52,480 bases of DNA, filler included, from Squatina squatina (GCA_031763465.1; 3 parts of 3 records of this genome joined end to end with filler, not necessarily neighbours in it), one strand, 5' to 3'; shown: positions 1-13,949, counted from the first letter of the whole stretch. A program made the numbers and translations. The notes: generated from the sequence alone by a model not told the origin.

Positions 1-531
1 CTAAATTTGAAGTTATAAAATTACCCCTCATCAGATGAGCTGGTATGTGTTAACCAATTTTCTTGCTCATTCCCACCCCCATTTTTTGATCTTAAAGATT
101 ATGACTCACCCTTGGGTACAGTTTTACTTGTGATAGAAGATCCCTTGTACCACATAAAAGTGGCCATTTTTCACCCGTATGCTTAGTCAGTGAGTGTTAG
201 CAGGCTACTTGGTCACAATCTGATCAGTCAATCCCCTTGTGCATATTCCGGCAGGGGTTACTGGGTAGTAATGGATTCTTCCTGTTCATCCTGTTCAACT
301 TCCCCAACACACTGGGTCACTGTAACCAAGTGAAGCACCTGTGGTGCTAAGATCTGCTAAGAGATTGAGCTTGGGATCGCCCTGGTCTATACGGCTCATT
401 AAATCATTGTTTTCCCCACTGAGCCAACAGTGAAGACCAGGTGCAACTGATTAAGACTCCTGAAAGTTTGGGCATGTTAAGGAATGTGTTTTGCATATTA
501 GTGAACATTGGAGTTGAAGAAACAGGCTTAC

Positions 532-641
532 CTTTTGCCTCTTAGCTGACGCAAATGGTGGAACACATTTATCACATCTCTCACACGACGAGGTGCTTCT
601 TCTATTTTTGATGCAAGATTGATACAAGCCATTGCAACAAT
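532..641 (-). CDS. CCNL1: Cyclin L1, internal exon (cyclin box)
   Basis: Manual translation [37 protein letters not shown], between a ttttcag acceptor and a gtaag donor (110 nt). Nearly identical to recalled vertebrate cyclin L1; CCNL1 neighbours VEPH1 in human. Confidence 0.93.
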
Positions 642-1044
642 CTGAAAAATAATCATTTCTATTACAAGCTGATCTCCTTGGTTATACTCAGTCAGCACAT
701 ACACTGTTTTGTAACAGGAACATTATACCATGCAACAGAAAATGCATTATTACAAAAGGAATGCACAGGGATGGAAAAGACCACTGAAGTCTACTTTGAT
801 AGTCCAATGTCTGGGAAATATATCCCATGATATCTGTCTACCCCCATCAACATTTTTTTGTTACTTATTCAACTGTTTTCAATCGGCTGATTAGTCCCAT
901 TGCTGTCCTTGGCAGACAGTTCCATATGTTCACCACCGTCTGCATAAATCTTTCTCATCCTTCCTCTTCCAAGTTTATGGTTATGCTCTTTTGTTGCAGA
1001 ACGTGACTGTTAAACATATTGATGTTTAGATTATACAGTTAAGA

Positions 1045-1209
1045 AAAGAAAGGCTTGTGCCTTTCATGACCTCGCTTTTACAGCCAATGAGGCACTTTTG
1101 AAGTGTAGTCATTGTTGTAATGCAGCAGTCAATTGCGCACAGCAAGGTCCCACAAACAGCAATGTGATAATGACCAGATAATCTGTTTTAGTGATGTTGG
1201 TTGAGGGAT
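1045..1209 (-). mobile_element. Partial SINE (SacSINE1/Deu-SINE-like), same family as 45900-46340 and 50710-51148
   Basis: cacagcaaggtcccacaaacagcaatgtgataatgaccagataatctgttttagtgatgttggttgagggat closely matches about 50826-50897; truncated by a gap. Confidence 0.75.
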
Positions 1210-4200
1210 NNNNNNNNNNNNNNNNNNNNNNNNNNNNNNNNNNNNNNNNNNNNNNNNNNNNNNNNNNNNNNNNNNNNNNNNNNNNNNNNNNNNNNNNNNN
1301 NNNNNNNNNGGCGCAGTCATTGCCAGGTAGCTGTGCTTGGGCCTCAGGGTGTGTTTGGGTGGGGGCACAGTGACAGTTCTGCACAGTCGGGAGTAGAAAT
1401 TCCCACCTTGGGCAGTAGCACAAAACTCCATGGTATTCAATCGGCCTCCTGTTACACTCCCCCCAATATTCAGTTCCATTGACTTCAGAAGAGTATCTGG
1501 GAGTATAATAGGCCCGCTTGGTGCTACTGCCCAAAATGAACCTCTACCCCTGTGGCTTTGGCACCGTCCAGCATCTCTGGCAGTCTCAATGCTCCTACCC
1601 AACCTTCTCCGCTGAGGCAAGTGCCAGAGGAGAGCTGGAAGCAGCCTCTGCTGAAGTGAACTTTCTGTCTGCACAAACTGTGTGAACCTGTGGCAATTCC
1701 CTTCTGCTTCATAAACCTGTTTTGGCTATAATGTCCACTTCATGTGGCCAGAACTAAGGCCACATACATGCAATGTGTGAAGATTCGAATCGTTTTGGGT
1801 CACCTGCTTATGCTGCAATAATTCAAGAATTAGTGAACATTGGCAAGGCTTTAGCACAGTACAGATGTTTTAGTACACTGCAAGCTTAAAGATGTTACTG
1901 GAATTTTCTGGCTGGCGTATAACGAGAGGCATTTTGTGAAATAAGAGACTCTCCAAATTGTTGGCTAATAATGCTGTATTTTATATTGTCAGAAATTTCT
2001 TAGCTGTAGTTAAGTCATCTCCTTGGTTAATTCTTCTTTCTAGGATCATTTGTTGTGAAGACGGTAATCATTTTATAGCAAGAGGTCAGCTGGTGAACTA
2101 TGCCCAACCAAATCTTTATAAGTATCCCACTTAAGAGGTTATAATTTTATCTGTAATGGGGTCTGATTTTGACAGTATCATTTGATACAGCTTTTAACCT
2201 CTTTCCTTCAAGTGTAAGCAAATTAGTCTATAATTGGTGAAAGGAAGTGCTGTGTAATGACAAACTATAATTTGTGCCTGCAATCATATGATGTTATAAA
2301 AAAAATAACTGGCAATAAAGTCATTCAAGTTTTAAAAAAGAGATGCCTAAAAGAGGCAGGAAATCACAGTAAGGTGAGAGGCAAAGAACCTCAGCTGAAC
2401 CTAGTTATTTTATTAGGGTGATATTTATAGACTTCTATGTGCAAATGACACTTGGTGCAATCTAGACAGCTGGTGCTGCACATCTGACATATTACTTTGT
2501 AAGAAGAACTCACTAGCAATGCTAAGTAGGATTCTTTTGAATTACCGTGCAAGTAGGAAGGCCATGTGTAAAGGTTTTCCTCAGATCAGAGTCTAAAAAT
2601 ATATTCAGTGAATATATTGTATATTTCAAACAAAATAAAAGCNNNNNNNNNNNNNNNNNNNNNNNNNNNNNNNNNNNNNNNNNNNNNNNNNNNNNNNNNN
2701 NNNNNNNNNNNNNNNNNNNNNNNNNNNNNNNNNNNNNNNNNNGCCATTTTAGGTAGTAAACTAGATCCAAGGTGTGGATGATATGTAAATATATTTACAA
2801 AATGCCCTTCAAAGGTATCTTTGCATATTGTAAGGAAAGGAATAATCTGACTGTTAAAGTCTACTAATGTTATACGATTTATCTTTATATCAATTTATCT
2901 TTAACCTTTTCTTGTTAAGCAGGGAAGTATAAGTCAGTTAAAAGTACCAATAGGCTATTGGGCCCAGTTTCAGGATGAAGTAATAAGAGGTTTAATTAAA
3001 GATGTGTCATTGCATACTCAATCATTTGATCACAGCATAGGAAAACAGTTCTGCAAAGGAAAATGTCTGGACATACATCAGCCTTTTTAATTGGTACGAA
3101 TGATACAGAAACAAAGACAGACATATAATTAAAAATTTCATTTGTCCACTTCGTAAAATAGCAATTATATGGAACAAGAGTGATATTATCAATAAGGTAA
3201 CAAATTAAGGGTGTTATACCTACTCAATGGAAAAATGAATCTGAAGTTATTGATACGGGATAAGCCTATTAAATTCTCCTTATTTAAAGTTGTATTGTAA
3301 CTTTTGTATAACTATGTAATGCAGAATTGTGTGGATTGTCATTTAGAGGATGTAAGAAAAATGTATAAAAACTGGTTGTTTGTACGAGTATGTGGATTCA
3401 CAAAGACCCAAGGTACTGAGCTCAGAACTGCAGTACATTTGAATCTATGTGTGAGGATCGAAGCTACACAGTACAACACAGTGCTTTTCTTTATGCCATG
3501 TATGTGAATTACTAAAATTGAAAACAGTTGTATAGAAGTTTATTTGTTCACATCAAATACATCTGGCTGTTTCCCGAATTGTACAAATCACAAAGGTTCA
3601 TTTGTATGTAGTCATATTATTTGAAGCTCGGCCAAAAGCTGTGTTGACTGTGCCCCAAGGCATATAAATGAGACATACAAATGGAAAAGAATTGCATGCC
3701 TCTTGTGATTTGCACTTTTTTGTTTTGTTAGTTTTATAGATACTATGCCAGCAGTTGTCCCATAATTAGTTTTTTCCGTCATGTAGGTAGGAGTTGAAGA
3801 AACTGTTTAAAGAAAAAGAAAATAGTCTGTGCAGCACCATCTGTTATGGAGACAGTCATTTTTCACAGTGGAGGTCAATTTCAGGAATGTGTGGTTTGTG
3901 GACTCCTCTCTTCACCACTTGGTTATGGCTTTTTGATTGGTAGAAGCACAGGGCTGCAAAAAGGTCAGTGCTACCACCACACAAACTATGCATTTGTGAA
4001 ATGTAACCTCTTGTCATGAGAACTTGAATATCTTCAAAATTGATGTCACTCGGAAGAACGGTTGAAGAATAGGCTTCTTTAGCTTCCACCTGGATGCCTG
4101 CCAGAAAAAAAATACTGAACAAACCTGGGGCAATTCAGCTTTTAGTTATTTGTTTGAAGTTAAAAAAAACAATTTGCATTTACATAGCATCTTTAACATA

Positions 4201-4968
4201 GAAAAATAGCCCATATAGTGTGGGAGAGCTATAAAAAAGCAACATAGCGATACAAATAAAATAATAAGCAGTGCNNNNNNNNNNNNNNNNNNNNNNNNNN
4301 NNNNNNNNNNNNNNNNNNNNNNNNNNNNNNNNNNNNNNNNNNNNNNNNNNNNNNNNNNNNNNNNNNNNNNNNNNTTCTATGTTTCTATGAAAGAGAGAAA
4401 TGACAGAAAAGACAGAAACAGCGAATGACAGTTAGACCACATGTTGCCTTTTTAAAGGATGAAGAATGTCTCTTCATCACATTGATCTCACGCGTTACAA
4501 TATCTTTTCCAAAACAAAAACAAATAAGTTCAGTCTCTTTGAAAGAGACCAGCCACTCAGCAGTGGCATGTGGTTCCAGTTTCTTATCTTTCCCTTTGCA
4601 GTTTTATTTATCTTAAAGTTTACAGGCAGCTGACTAAAATATTCATTATATTATTGAAATCCATTGTGTCAGATTTATATGCACTAAACATGAGCGGAAA
4701 TTCACCATCTCACTCAGCTTTTGTCGGTAGCACAGGTCAAAATGGGGCGACAGCACTACAGTGCTGATGATTCAACTCATTCTCCCTTTGAGCACAGCTC
4801 CCTGCAGGATCAGTGAATTTATCCTTTAATTCCCATTCCCTTTAAAATGGAAGAGGCCAAATCCCCAACACTGACATTTGGCTTTTGTTTTAAAGATGAC
4901 TATGCATTTGTCAGCAAATGTTGTTGCATAAATTAAATCATTGCTCAGATCTTCACTAGTAATGATCA

Positions 4969-5205
<237 letters not shown>

Positions 5206-5259
5206 TCAATTACCAATGTACTAAAAAGCAAAAATGGTTAAAATGCTAATTTGAGGGGA

Positions 5260-5680
5260 CTTGGTAGTGTAGTGGTTAAGTTGCGGGACTGGTGATCCAG
5301 AGGCTTGGACCATTGATCCAGAGACGTGAGTTCAAATCTGTGGAATTTAAATTCAGTTAATTAAAAATTAATCTGGAATAAAAAAAGCTAGTGTCAGTAA
5401 TGGTGACCATGAAACTATCGGATTGTCATAAAAACCCATCTGGTTCACTAATGTCTTTTGGGGAAGGGATTCTGCCATCCTTTTACCTGGTCTGGCCTAT
5501 ATGTGACTCCAGACCCACAGTAATGTGGTTGACTCTTAACTGCCCTCTGAAATGGCCTAGCAAGCCACTCAGTTGTAAACAACCACTAGTGCAGCAGTTC
5601 AAGAAGGTGGCTCATCACCACCTTCTCAAGGGATGGTCAATAAATGCTGGCCTTGCCAGCAATGCCCCCATCACAGGAAC
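5260..5680 (+). mobile_element. tRNA-derived SINE with LINE-derived 3' tail
   Basis: A-box-like (gtagtgtagtggtt) and B-box-like (gagttcaaatc) head. The body recurs inverted at 8502-8685, 31090-31250 and 49140-49540. The tail matches the LINE 3' end at about 24695-24754. Confidence 0.8.
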
Positions 5681-6542
5681 AATTTTTTTTTTAATTGCTG
5701 CGAACAATGAATTATTTCTTTAAATGTTTACCATTGCTTAACTACCGCCATATCTTTTAATCTAGTTTCCCAACCTACCTTTGCCAACTTGATTCTCATA
5801 CCTACATAGTTTGTTTTGTTCAGATTTAAGATCCTAGTTTCGTACTTAACTAAATCATTCTCAATATAAAATTAAATCATATTATGATTACTCTTCTCAA
5901 GACTCCTTTATTACAAGGTTATTAATTATCCTGTCTCTTTGCACAATTCTAGGTCTAAAATAGCTTCTTCCCTAGTTGGTTCCTTGACACATTGATCTAG
6001 AAAACTATCTTGAATGCATTCCATGAACTCTTCCTCCCCACCACTACAAATTTGGTTTGTGCAGTCTAAGATTAAATTCCTCCATGATTACTATATTACC
6101 CTTGTTACCTGCATCTCTAATTTCCTGATTTATACTTGCCTGACACTGCAACTACTGTAAGGGGACCTATAAACTACTCCCACCAGTATTGNNNNNNNNN
6201 NNNNNNNNNNNNNNNNNNNNNNNNNNNNNNNNNNNNNNNNNNNNNNNNNNNNNNNNNNNNNNNNNNNNNNNNNNNNNNNNNNNNNNNNNNNAAGATGCCA
6301 TTCTTGTGAAGCTAATGGCGGAGCGGCGCAACTCGGACAGCAACTGTTAGATTTACATGTTTAACCGCGCATCTGCTCCTCATCTGAAGTTGATATACCA
6401 ATTGTGCAAAAATAACGGTGAACACCATTAGCCTCACCGTTATTTTGACAGCAAATTATAGCCCATTGTTATACAACCTTATTCTTGACAAATACACCTA
6501 GAACACATACACACACGTATTATTTATGGGACTGTAAATTAC

Positions 6543-6763
6543 CTCATGGTTGCAGTAATGCCTTTCTCAAGATGTTTGACAAGAAGTTTGGCAATTGCAG
6601 TGAAGCTGTTACTCATGCAATATATGTCTTTGCTCTGAGCTCCGAGAATGCTGCCAAATGTGTCAGTGATGCTTTTAATCTCTAGTAGCAGAATATGATG
6701 AAAACAGTGCTCCATATTTGCCAGCTGAGTCACCAGATAAACCAGGCAGCTCCTTGCCTTTTC
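6543..6763 (-). CDS. VEPH1: VEPH1 internal exon
   Basis: [73 protein letters not shown], with ttag acceptor and gtaat donor (221 nt); in phase with the 9216-9425 exon. Confidence 0.93.
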
Positions 6764-7078
6764 CTAAGGAAAATCATAGATATGTTTGATCATTAGAGCA
6801 GGTGAAACAGCTTTGATAACAGCTGTTACAACTGAATAAGCATTTTCAAAAATCGAACAAAGAAAATGGTGAAAGTTTGGCTAATAGTTTCTGGAATATA
6901 TAGGTTACAGCAGAGGAATGGAGATTGACATATGCAAACCTAGCTGAACCTCCAGGTTCAGTTCATGGTCGGTGTTGANNNNNNNNNNNNNNNNNNNNNN
7001 NNNNNNNNNNNNNNNNNNNNNNNNNNNNNNNNNNNNNNNNNNNNNNNNNNNNNNNNNNNNNNNNNNNNNNNNNNNNNN

Positions 7079-7530
7079 GTAGGCGGTCTTGGGGATGGAG
7101 AGGGTAAGGGGGTCAAGAGTTCAGCTCAGGGTTGAATAGGACATCAAGGCTGTGAACAATCTGGTTCAGCTTCAGACAGTTGCCAGGGAGAGGAATGGAA
7201 TCAATGGCAAGGATAGTAAGTTTGCAGTAGGGGCCGAAGATGGTGGCTTCAATCTTCGCAATGTTTAACTAGAAGAAATTACAGCTCATCCAACCAAAGT
7301 TTGATGTCGGACAAACAATCTAACAACACAGAGACAGTTGAGAGAGCAAGAGATGGTGGAGTGGTGGAGCCGAGTGTTGTCAGTTTAAACATGGAAGCCG
7401 ACTCCATGTCTGCCAATGATTTCGCCAAGGTGCAACATGCAGATGAGCAAGAGGAAGGGGCCTAGGTTAGATCCTCGGGGGACTTGAGGTAATCGTACGG
7501 GGTTAAGAGGAGAACCCATTGCTGGAAATT
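7079..7530 (-). mobile_element. Decayed L2-like LINE fragment
   Basis: Reverse strand resembles LINE RT motifs (PRGSNLGPFLLLI, YADD-like region); interrupted by stops. Confidence 0.55.
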
Positions 7531-8501
7531 AACTCTATGGAAGTCATGAGAATGCGGAGATATACAATAACATTATAGTAACAGTATATTCCTCAGTATA
7601 TTTTTTGTGATAACATAACAGCAATCAGATTTTAGATTTTCTTCGTCTTCCATTGTGCCAGTGTATAGGGGTTGGGGGAGGTAAAAGATCCTACATCTTA
7701 TTTGTGCCTTGAAGTATCATGGGTTATGTTATCAACACTTCAGTACCAATAGTTATAAAACAAATAAGATGATGATACTTCAGCCTCAATTAGAGCATTA
7801 CTCATAGAAATCTTAGACGCACTACAAATGCTGAGATTTGGAAACATTAACCGTAACACCAAAAACACTTCCGACACAGAAACATAAATCAGATATCGGT
7901 GTGTAACAGGAGGCTGAATAACANNNNNNNNNNATGAGCTTCCAGTGCATAAAATCTCCTTAAATGGTATGAGTCACGAACAGAATTTCATATTCTTGAG
8001 AGGAAAATGAAAACACCACAGGCTGGATAGAGGCCAGGTGGCCACAAACGAAGTTCCTCTGTTAAATCCGAGAAAGACTGCATTTCATCAACAGAATTCT
8101 GAGAAACCATTTACACACAACAAACTGTATGTGTTTTGGAAATTTTTCTGAGCTGGTTCAATATAAAATAACCATCATTCATGATTTATTGTTTTTAAAC
8201 TTTTAGTGCGCCCAATTAGTTACTTACAGCCCGGCCTCTTTGGTCGTTAAAATGGCATTCGACCCCAAACGCTGTTTTTTGTCGGTAAGTGTTGCGCTGG
8301 GCAATTCTTCGGGGCCCAGCGCGGCGTACAAAATGGCGCTCTCAGCATACGGCACTAGGTGGCGTCCATGACGTCATCAGTGCACGCTACGCTGAAAATG
8401 GTTGGCCACCCGGGAATTCNNNNNNNNNNNNNNNNNNNNNNNNNNNNNNNNNNNNNNNNNNNNNNNNNNNNNNNNNNNNNNNNNNNNNNNNNNNNNNNNN
8501 N

Positions 8502-8685
8502 NCACATTGCTGTGGGTCTGGAGTCACATATAGGCCAGACCAGGTAAGGATGACAGATTCCCTTCCCTAAAGGACATTAATGAACCAGATGGGTTTTTAA
8601 CGACAATCTGATAGTTTCATGGTCACCATTACCGACACTAGCTTTTTACTCCAGATTATTTAATTAACTGAAGTTAAATTCCACT
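8502..8685 (-). mobile_element. Partial copy of the 5260-5680 SINE family
   Basis: Reverse-complement match (gtgggtctggagtcacatataggccagaccagg...gtttcatggtcaccattac). Confidence 0.8.
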
Positions 8686-9215
8686 ACGCTCCGGAGTCCC
8701 ACGCGGCACCGCACGCGGCCCACTTAAAGTTCAGCAATTCAAAATTGTGATATATTTTTTTTTAAATCACAAATCTTGGTGTTGATTTTTATGATCAGGA
8801 GCTGGTGTCCTTTTTTTCTTACTGCAGAATTAATACAGCAAAGTTACACAAGTATTAGTAAGCTGCTTCAGCAAGACCTGGCAGCCCTGATGCAGAGAAC
8901 ATGGAAAGCGTTTAAAGCTTTAGTTGCGCTGGCCCACGTAATATCTGCCCTATTTCCAAGATTGTTCTGTCATCTTCCTTTTTTTAATTAAAAAGAAAAT
9001 TCTTTACATCCTGCAGGTAAAATTTTCCCAAATGTCGTGCTTCACAATTTAGGTTCACAAATGTTAACTCTGCCATCCCAAGCATCAGCACTACAAGATG
9101 AGTTAAAATACACAAGCAGTCACTGCTGACTCCTTTAGAATCAAACTGCACACCAAAAAAAGCAAAGAGACTCAAGCTTCTTAATAATACTCAAGAATTT
9201 TTTGCATGGACTTAC

Positions 9216-9425
9216 CTCATTAATACAGCCAATGACTCCAAAAATCTTGGCAATTTGTCCTAACAGAGTTGGGTAATTCTCAGCAATTTCCTTCAGATTT
9301 TCAATGGAATTTTCTGGGATACATTGATTGGAAGCCACGAGATCCACCAAAATACTGAGGATGAAGTCACTATAGCTAGGCTCTTTCAGCTGGATAATCA
9401 AAGATGGAATGGATTCATTTAAGAC
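9216..9425 (-). CDS. VEPH1: VEPH1 internal exon
   Basis: VLNESIPSLIIQLKEPSYSDFILSILVDL...LGQIAKIFGVIGCINE; 210 nt, phase 0/0, ttag acceptor and gtaag donor. Confidence 0.88.
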
Positions 9426-9489
9426 CTAACAAGAGGAAGAAAATAAAGTAGTAATACTTCACCCCTGTTTACTAATGTATCATTATCAA

Positions 9490-9564
9490 AGAAACATAGA
9501 AACATAGAAACATAGAAAATAGGTGCAGGAGTAGGCCATTAGGCCCTTCGAGCCTGCACCGCCA
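9490..9564 (-). repeat. CR1-type 3' tail with (TTTCTATG)n octamer microsatellite
   Basis: agaaacat repeated about 3.5 times, then ggtgcaggagtaggccatt; the same tail lies on the plus strand at about 22230-22290. Confidence 0.75.
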
Positions 9565-10257
9565 NNNNNNNNNNNNNNNNNNNNNNNNNNNNNNNNNNNN
9601 NNNNNNNNNNNNNNNNNNNNNNNNNNNNNNNNNNNNNNNNNNNNNNNNNNNNNNNNNNNNNNNNCTCCTTGATGGCTATAGACTTCCTGTTTTAAGAGCA
9701 TTAAATTTTCCTTAGCATAAAATCGTAAGAGAAAGCAAACAGGTTCAATTTCACTTCTTAAGGAACCGAAATGTCTCTCTATATGATTTCCAATTTCTCT
9801 TCCCAAATCAAGTCAGCCGATGTGTGGCGGCCGACCGCCCCTCCAAAAGCACTCACTCCCTTTGCTGGCACGCTCTCTGGTGTGCCGGCACATCTTTGCT
9901 CCGGCTCCGGCCTCCATGGCGGTCCAGTGGGCCTGGATCACTAGGCGAACAGCAAGCCTGCGGCCCTTGCCTTTAAGGCAGGGGGCTGGGTTGCGGCTTG
10001 CGCATGCACGGTTGCGCTGGCAGCATGGCGTGGGCACAACCTGGCTGTGATGCGGCATGGATGCCAGTTTAGCGTTGCCACGTTATGCTGACCCGGAACA
10101 GTAACTAAGTCACCAAGACCGCGTTCCAGTGCCTCGCTGCCGGCTGTGGAGTCGCGAATGCTGCGACCTGTTTTGGGCTACTCAAATTGGCCCCCCTGAT
10201 AATCTGTTTAGAAGGATAAAAGTCAAGAAATGGTTGAGCAGTTAAAAAGTGTTTTAC

Positions 10258-10421
10258 CTGAGGACATTGCTTAGTTATTATTTGTAGAAGGCGGAGAAGA
10301 TGCTGCTGCTCAGATGGCTCAAGTCTCGACATCAGTTGGACTAGCTCCGTCATGTGGCAGTTAATAGGTTCAGGCTGCTTCTCATACACTGAAGGTAAAA
10401 CACGCAGCAACATAGAATTCC
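10258..10421 (-). CDS. VEPH1: VEPH1 internal exon
   Basis: (G)[54 protein letters not shown], with cag acceptor and gtaaa donor; in phase with the next exon. Confidence 0.92.
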
Positions 10422-12681
10422 CTGTGAGCACAGCAAGAAAATAAAGTTGAAGGTTTTGGATTCAACAGTTTGTAAATCATCTGGAAACCATTCCTCAGTG
10501 TGCTTAAAGGAATCTGTTATAATTAAACAAAAGGTGATACCACCGAAAGTACGCAAGGTGTCACAGCCATATTTAAGGAAACAAGCAGCAGTTAATTTAG
10601 TTCTTCCTTTACTGAAAATAAATGTTTGAAAATGTTGAATGGGGTAGGAATAATTTACAGCACAACAGGTGACCTCAACGTTATTACAACCTACATACCA
10701 TTCATAAATTTAAACCGTAACATAAGGAAGTTATTAGTGAACTGAACAGTGGGGTATGCTTTATAACTATTTAACCTTTTCATGACACATGGAGTTTGAA
10801 TACAATTCTGTATTTGTTATGAGGAATTTTTAAAATGTGCCTGCTATTTGACAGAATTTTAGATGGTTGCTAGGCAGCACTCCCAAAGGCTTGAAATGGA
10901 AAAAGCCTTGGATCATAAAGGACCAAGGCCATAAAAGAGAACTCTCTGTACTAGGTTTAAAATGTGATTCATTTCTATAGTTTGCTCACATGGACAGTCT
11001 CTGCCTATTCCTCTGAACAATACCTGACTGTTGTTAAGAAAAATCCAGTTAACATTGTACCTGGNNNNNNNNNNNNNNNNNNNNNNNNNNNNNNNNNNNN
11101 NNNNNNNNNNNNNNNNNNNNNNNNNNNNNNNNNNNNNNNNNNNNNNNNNNNNNNNNNNNNNNNNNNNNNNNNNNNNNNNNNNNNNNNNNNNNNNNNNNNN
11201 NNNNNNNNNNNNNNNNNNNNNNNNNNNNNNNNNNNNNNNNNNNNNNNNNNNNNNNNNNNNNNNNNNNNNNNNNNNNNNNNNNNNNNNNNNNNNNNNNNNN
11301 NNNNNNNNNNNNNNNNNNNNNNNNNNNNNNNNNNNNNNNNNNNNNNNNNNNNNNNNNNNNNNNNNNNNNNNNNNNNNNNNNNNNNNNNNNNNNNNNNNNN
11401 NNNNNNNNNNNNNNNNNNNNNNNNNNNNNNNNNNNNNNNNNNNNNNNNNNNNNNNNNNNNNNNNNNNNNNNNNNNNNNNNNNNNNNNNNNNNNNNNNNNN
11501 NNNNNNNNNNNNNNNNNNNNNNNNNNNNNNNNNNNNNNNNNNNNNNNNNNNNNNNNNNNNNNNNNNNNNNNNNNNNNNNNNNNNNNNNNTTTCTTTCAGA
11601 CTGGGCCATTCCTTCTCCCTAAGTTCCTTACTTCGGACTCAGTATGCACTTTCACACACCCCCCCCTTGTAAAACAGAGAGCAAGATTTCTTTTACATGA
11701 GAAGATTTAAATAAATGCAGGTGGTGTACCTCAACTCAAATAGGTTTGCAATCATGGAAAGATTAGTAGACAAAACTTTTTGGGGGGGACTTAAAAAAAA
11801 ACTTCTCTTAATTTGGTATCCTTACACTACACAACTTTAACTAGCAGAAAAAATGAGCGAACAATCTACCAGCAGGACACAGTCAATTCCATTTGAGTCC
11901 TTACTGTTGAGAAATCTCTGGCCTCCACTCAATTCTTCCCTATGAGGCTCATCAGGGATCAGATGGTGAATCAAAGGTGCAAATTCACATTGTTTGATCA
12001 ATTCATTAATCACTCAGAAATTGAAAGTACAAAATCAATGACTAATGAAAAAGCATTTGCTGCTATTTACCTCTTTTTATATATATTTAAAAATGATGAC
12101 TATCTGAGATAAAATATATATCAAGCAAACCACTAAACATATTTGAGCAGTTTTCTTTCATTAAACTTTTCAAAGCTACCTTAAAAATTGTATCTAACTA
12201 CTTTCACATGAAAAAAAAACTGTAAAAATCTTAATGAAATGCAGAAATAAATGCCCTTGCATACTTTCACAATCCCTTGAGACTTGCCCTGCTCTGCCTT
12301 CCTACACACTCGTCGCTTATTGCTACCACTTTATATTACAAAAATGTATTCCCCAGTGGTAGATCATTACATCTGGCTTGCAATCTAAAACTTACCCCAG
12401 TGCTGGGCCGTCTCTTATGTACACCTACCCACATGTGCCCTTAAACCTCAAGTTTCGAGATTGTGTAATTCAACCTCTTTGTTGCGAAAGCACAACTCTA
12501 GCTCATTGCTGCACGTACATTTTACCAATGACAAAGTTCTTACATCATTCCTCACTCACTATTTATTAAGAGGTTTTGGAGGCTTGTGGTCAGTCTCCTT
12601 TAGAGCTCATCTGAAGGAGCCAAATCAACAGAACAGTGCCCTCATACTACTAGATACTGAAAAGAACACAACTCGGAAGAA

Positions 12682-12799
12682 ATGGCTGCATTTGCAATAG
12701 TACTGTGGATTCTACTCAATCTGTCCTATATTTTGGCAGAGGATTATGAAGAAATACAATATATTAATGGGATGGAAAATAAAATTTCTGTTTTACCAG
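12682..12799 (+). CDS. PTX3: Pentraxin 3, first coding exon (signal peptide)
   Basis: ATG..CCAG|gtaag gives MAAFAIVLWILLNLSYILAEDYEEIQYINGMENKISVLP: hydrophobic signal peptide, acidic mature start, phase-1 donor. Lies antisense within VEPH1, as in human. Confidence 0.82.
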
Positions 12800-13949
12800 G
12801 TAAGGTATTTTCCTAAGTTAATTTTAGAATTAGGTAATCTATTTTTTTCAATATTGTTTATGCTATAAAACTCTGTTTTATAAGGCTCTCTATAGTTTTT
12901 CAGCATTATCCTTATGGGAGAAAGTGGCAGCTTGAATTTATATTAGGTTCAGTGTATATAATAATAGCTCACAAATAAAAATGCTTTAAAGACAAGGAAA
13001 GTGTCTAACCATAAAGAAGGAACTACTCACTGATTACTAGTAAAATACGTCACAAAGCACGCACTCTTAATTTCATTAACTCCTACATGTTAGGCAATTG
13101 CTGATAATCAACAGGGAAAGACTTATTACATAAAGGGCCATTAACTTCTTTGACAAAATGTTAATACACTAAATCTATTCTAACATGCAGCTTTAATGTG
13201 TAATGCTAAAATAAATTAAAAATGGATTACTATCCAAGTGAATNNNNNNNNNNNNNNNNNNNNNNNNNNNNNNNNNNNNNNNNNNNNNNNNNNNNNNNNN
13301 NNNNNNNNNNNNNNNNNNNNNNNNNNNNNNNNNNNNNNNNNNNNNNNNNNNNNNNNNNNNNNNNNNNNNNNNNNNNNNNNNNNNNNNNNNNNNNNNNNNN
13401 NNNNNNNNNNNNNNNNNNNNNNNNNNNNNNNNNNNNNNNNNNNNNNNNNNNNNNNNNNNNNNNNNNNNNNNNNNNNNNNNNNNNNNNNNNNNNNNNNNNN
13501 NNNNNNNNNNNNNNNNNNNNNNNNNNNNNNNNNNNNNNNNNNNNNNNNNNNNNNNNNNNNNNNNNNNNNNNNNNNNNNNNNNNNNNNNNNNNNNNNNNNN
13601 NNNNNNNNNNNNNNNNNNNNNNNNNNNNNNNNNNNNNNNNNNNNNNNNNNNNNNNNNNNNNNNNNNNNNNNNNNNNNNNNNNNNNNNNNNNNNNNNNNNN
13701 NNNNNNNNNNNNNNNNNNNNNNNNNNNNNNNNNNNNNNNNNNNNNNNNNNNNNNNNNNNNNNNNNNNNNNNNNNNNNNNNNNNNNNNNNNNNNNNNNNNN
13801 NNNNNNNNNNNNNNNNNNNNNNNNNNNNNNNNNNNNNNNNNNNNNNNNNNNNNNNNNNNNNNNNNNNNNNNNNNNNNNNNNNNNNNNNNNNNNNNNNNNN
13901 NNNNNNNNNNNNNNNNNNNNNNNNNNNNNNNNNNNNNNNNNNNNNNNAG

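Noticed and set aside
1310-1720. Open minus-strand frame (QRRRLGRSIETARDAG...)
   Set aside because: No recognisable homology, not CCNL1 or VEPH1 sequence, and the ORF length is inflated by a gap.
8200-10195. CpG-rich patches (8200-8419, 9820-10195) as CpG-island promoters
   Set aside because: Short, intronic in VEPH1 and more like interspersed repeats; no first-exon evidence.
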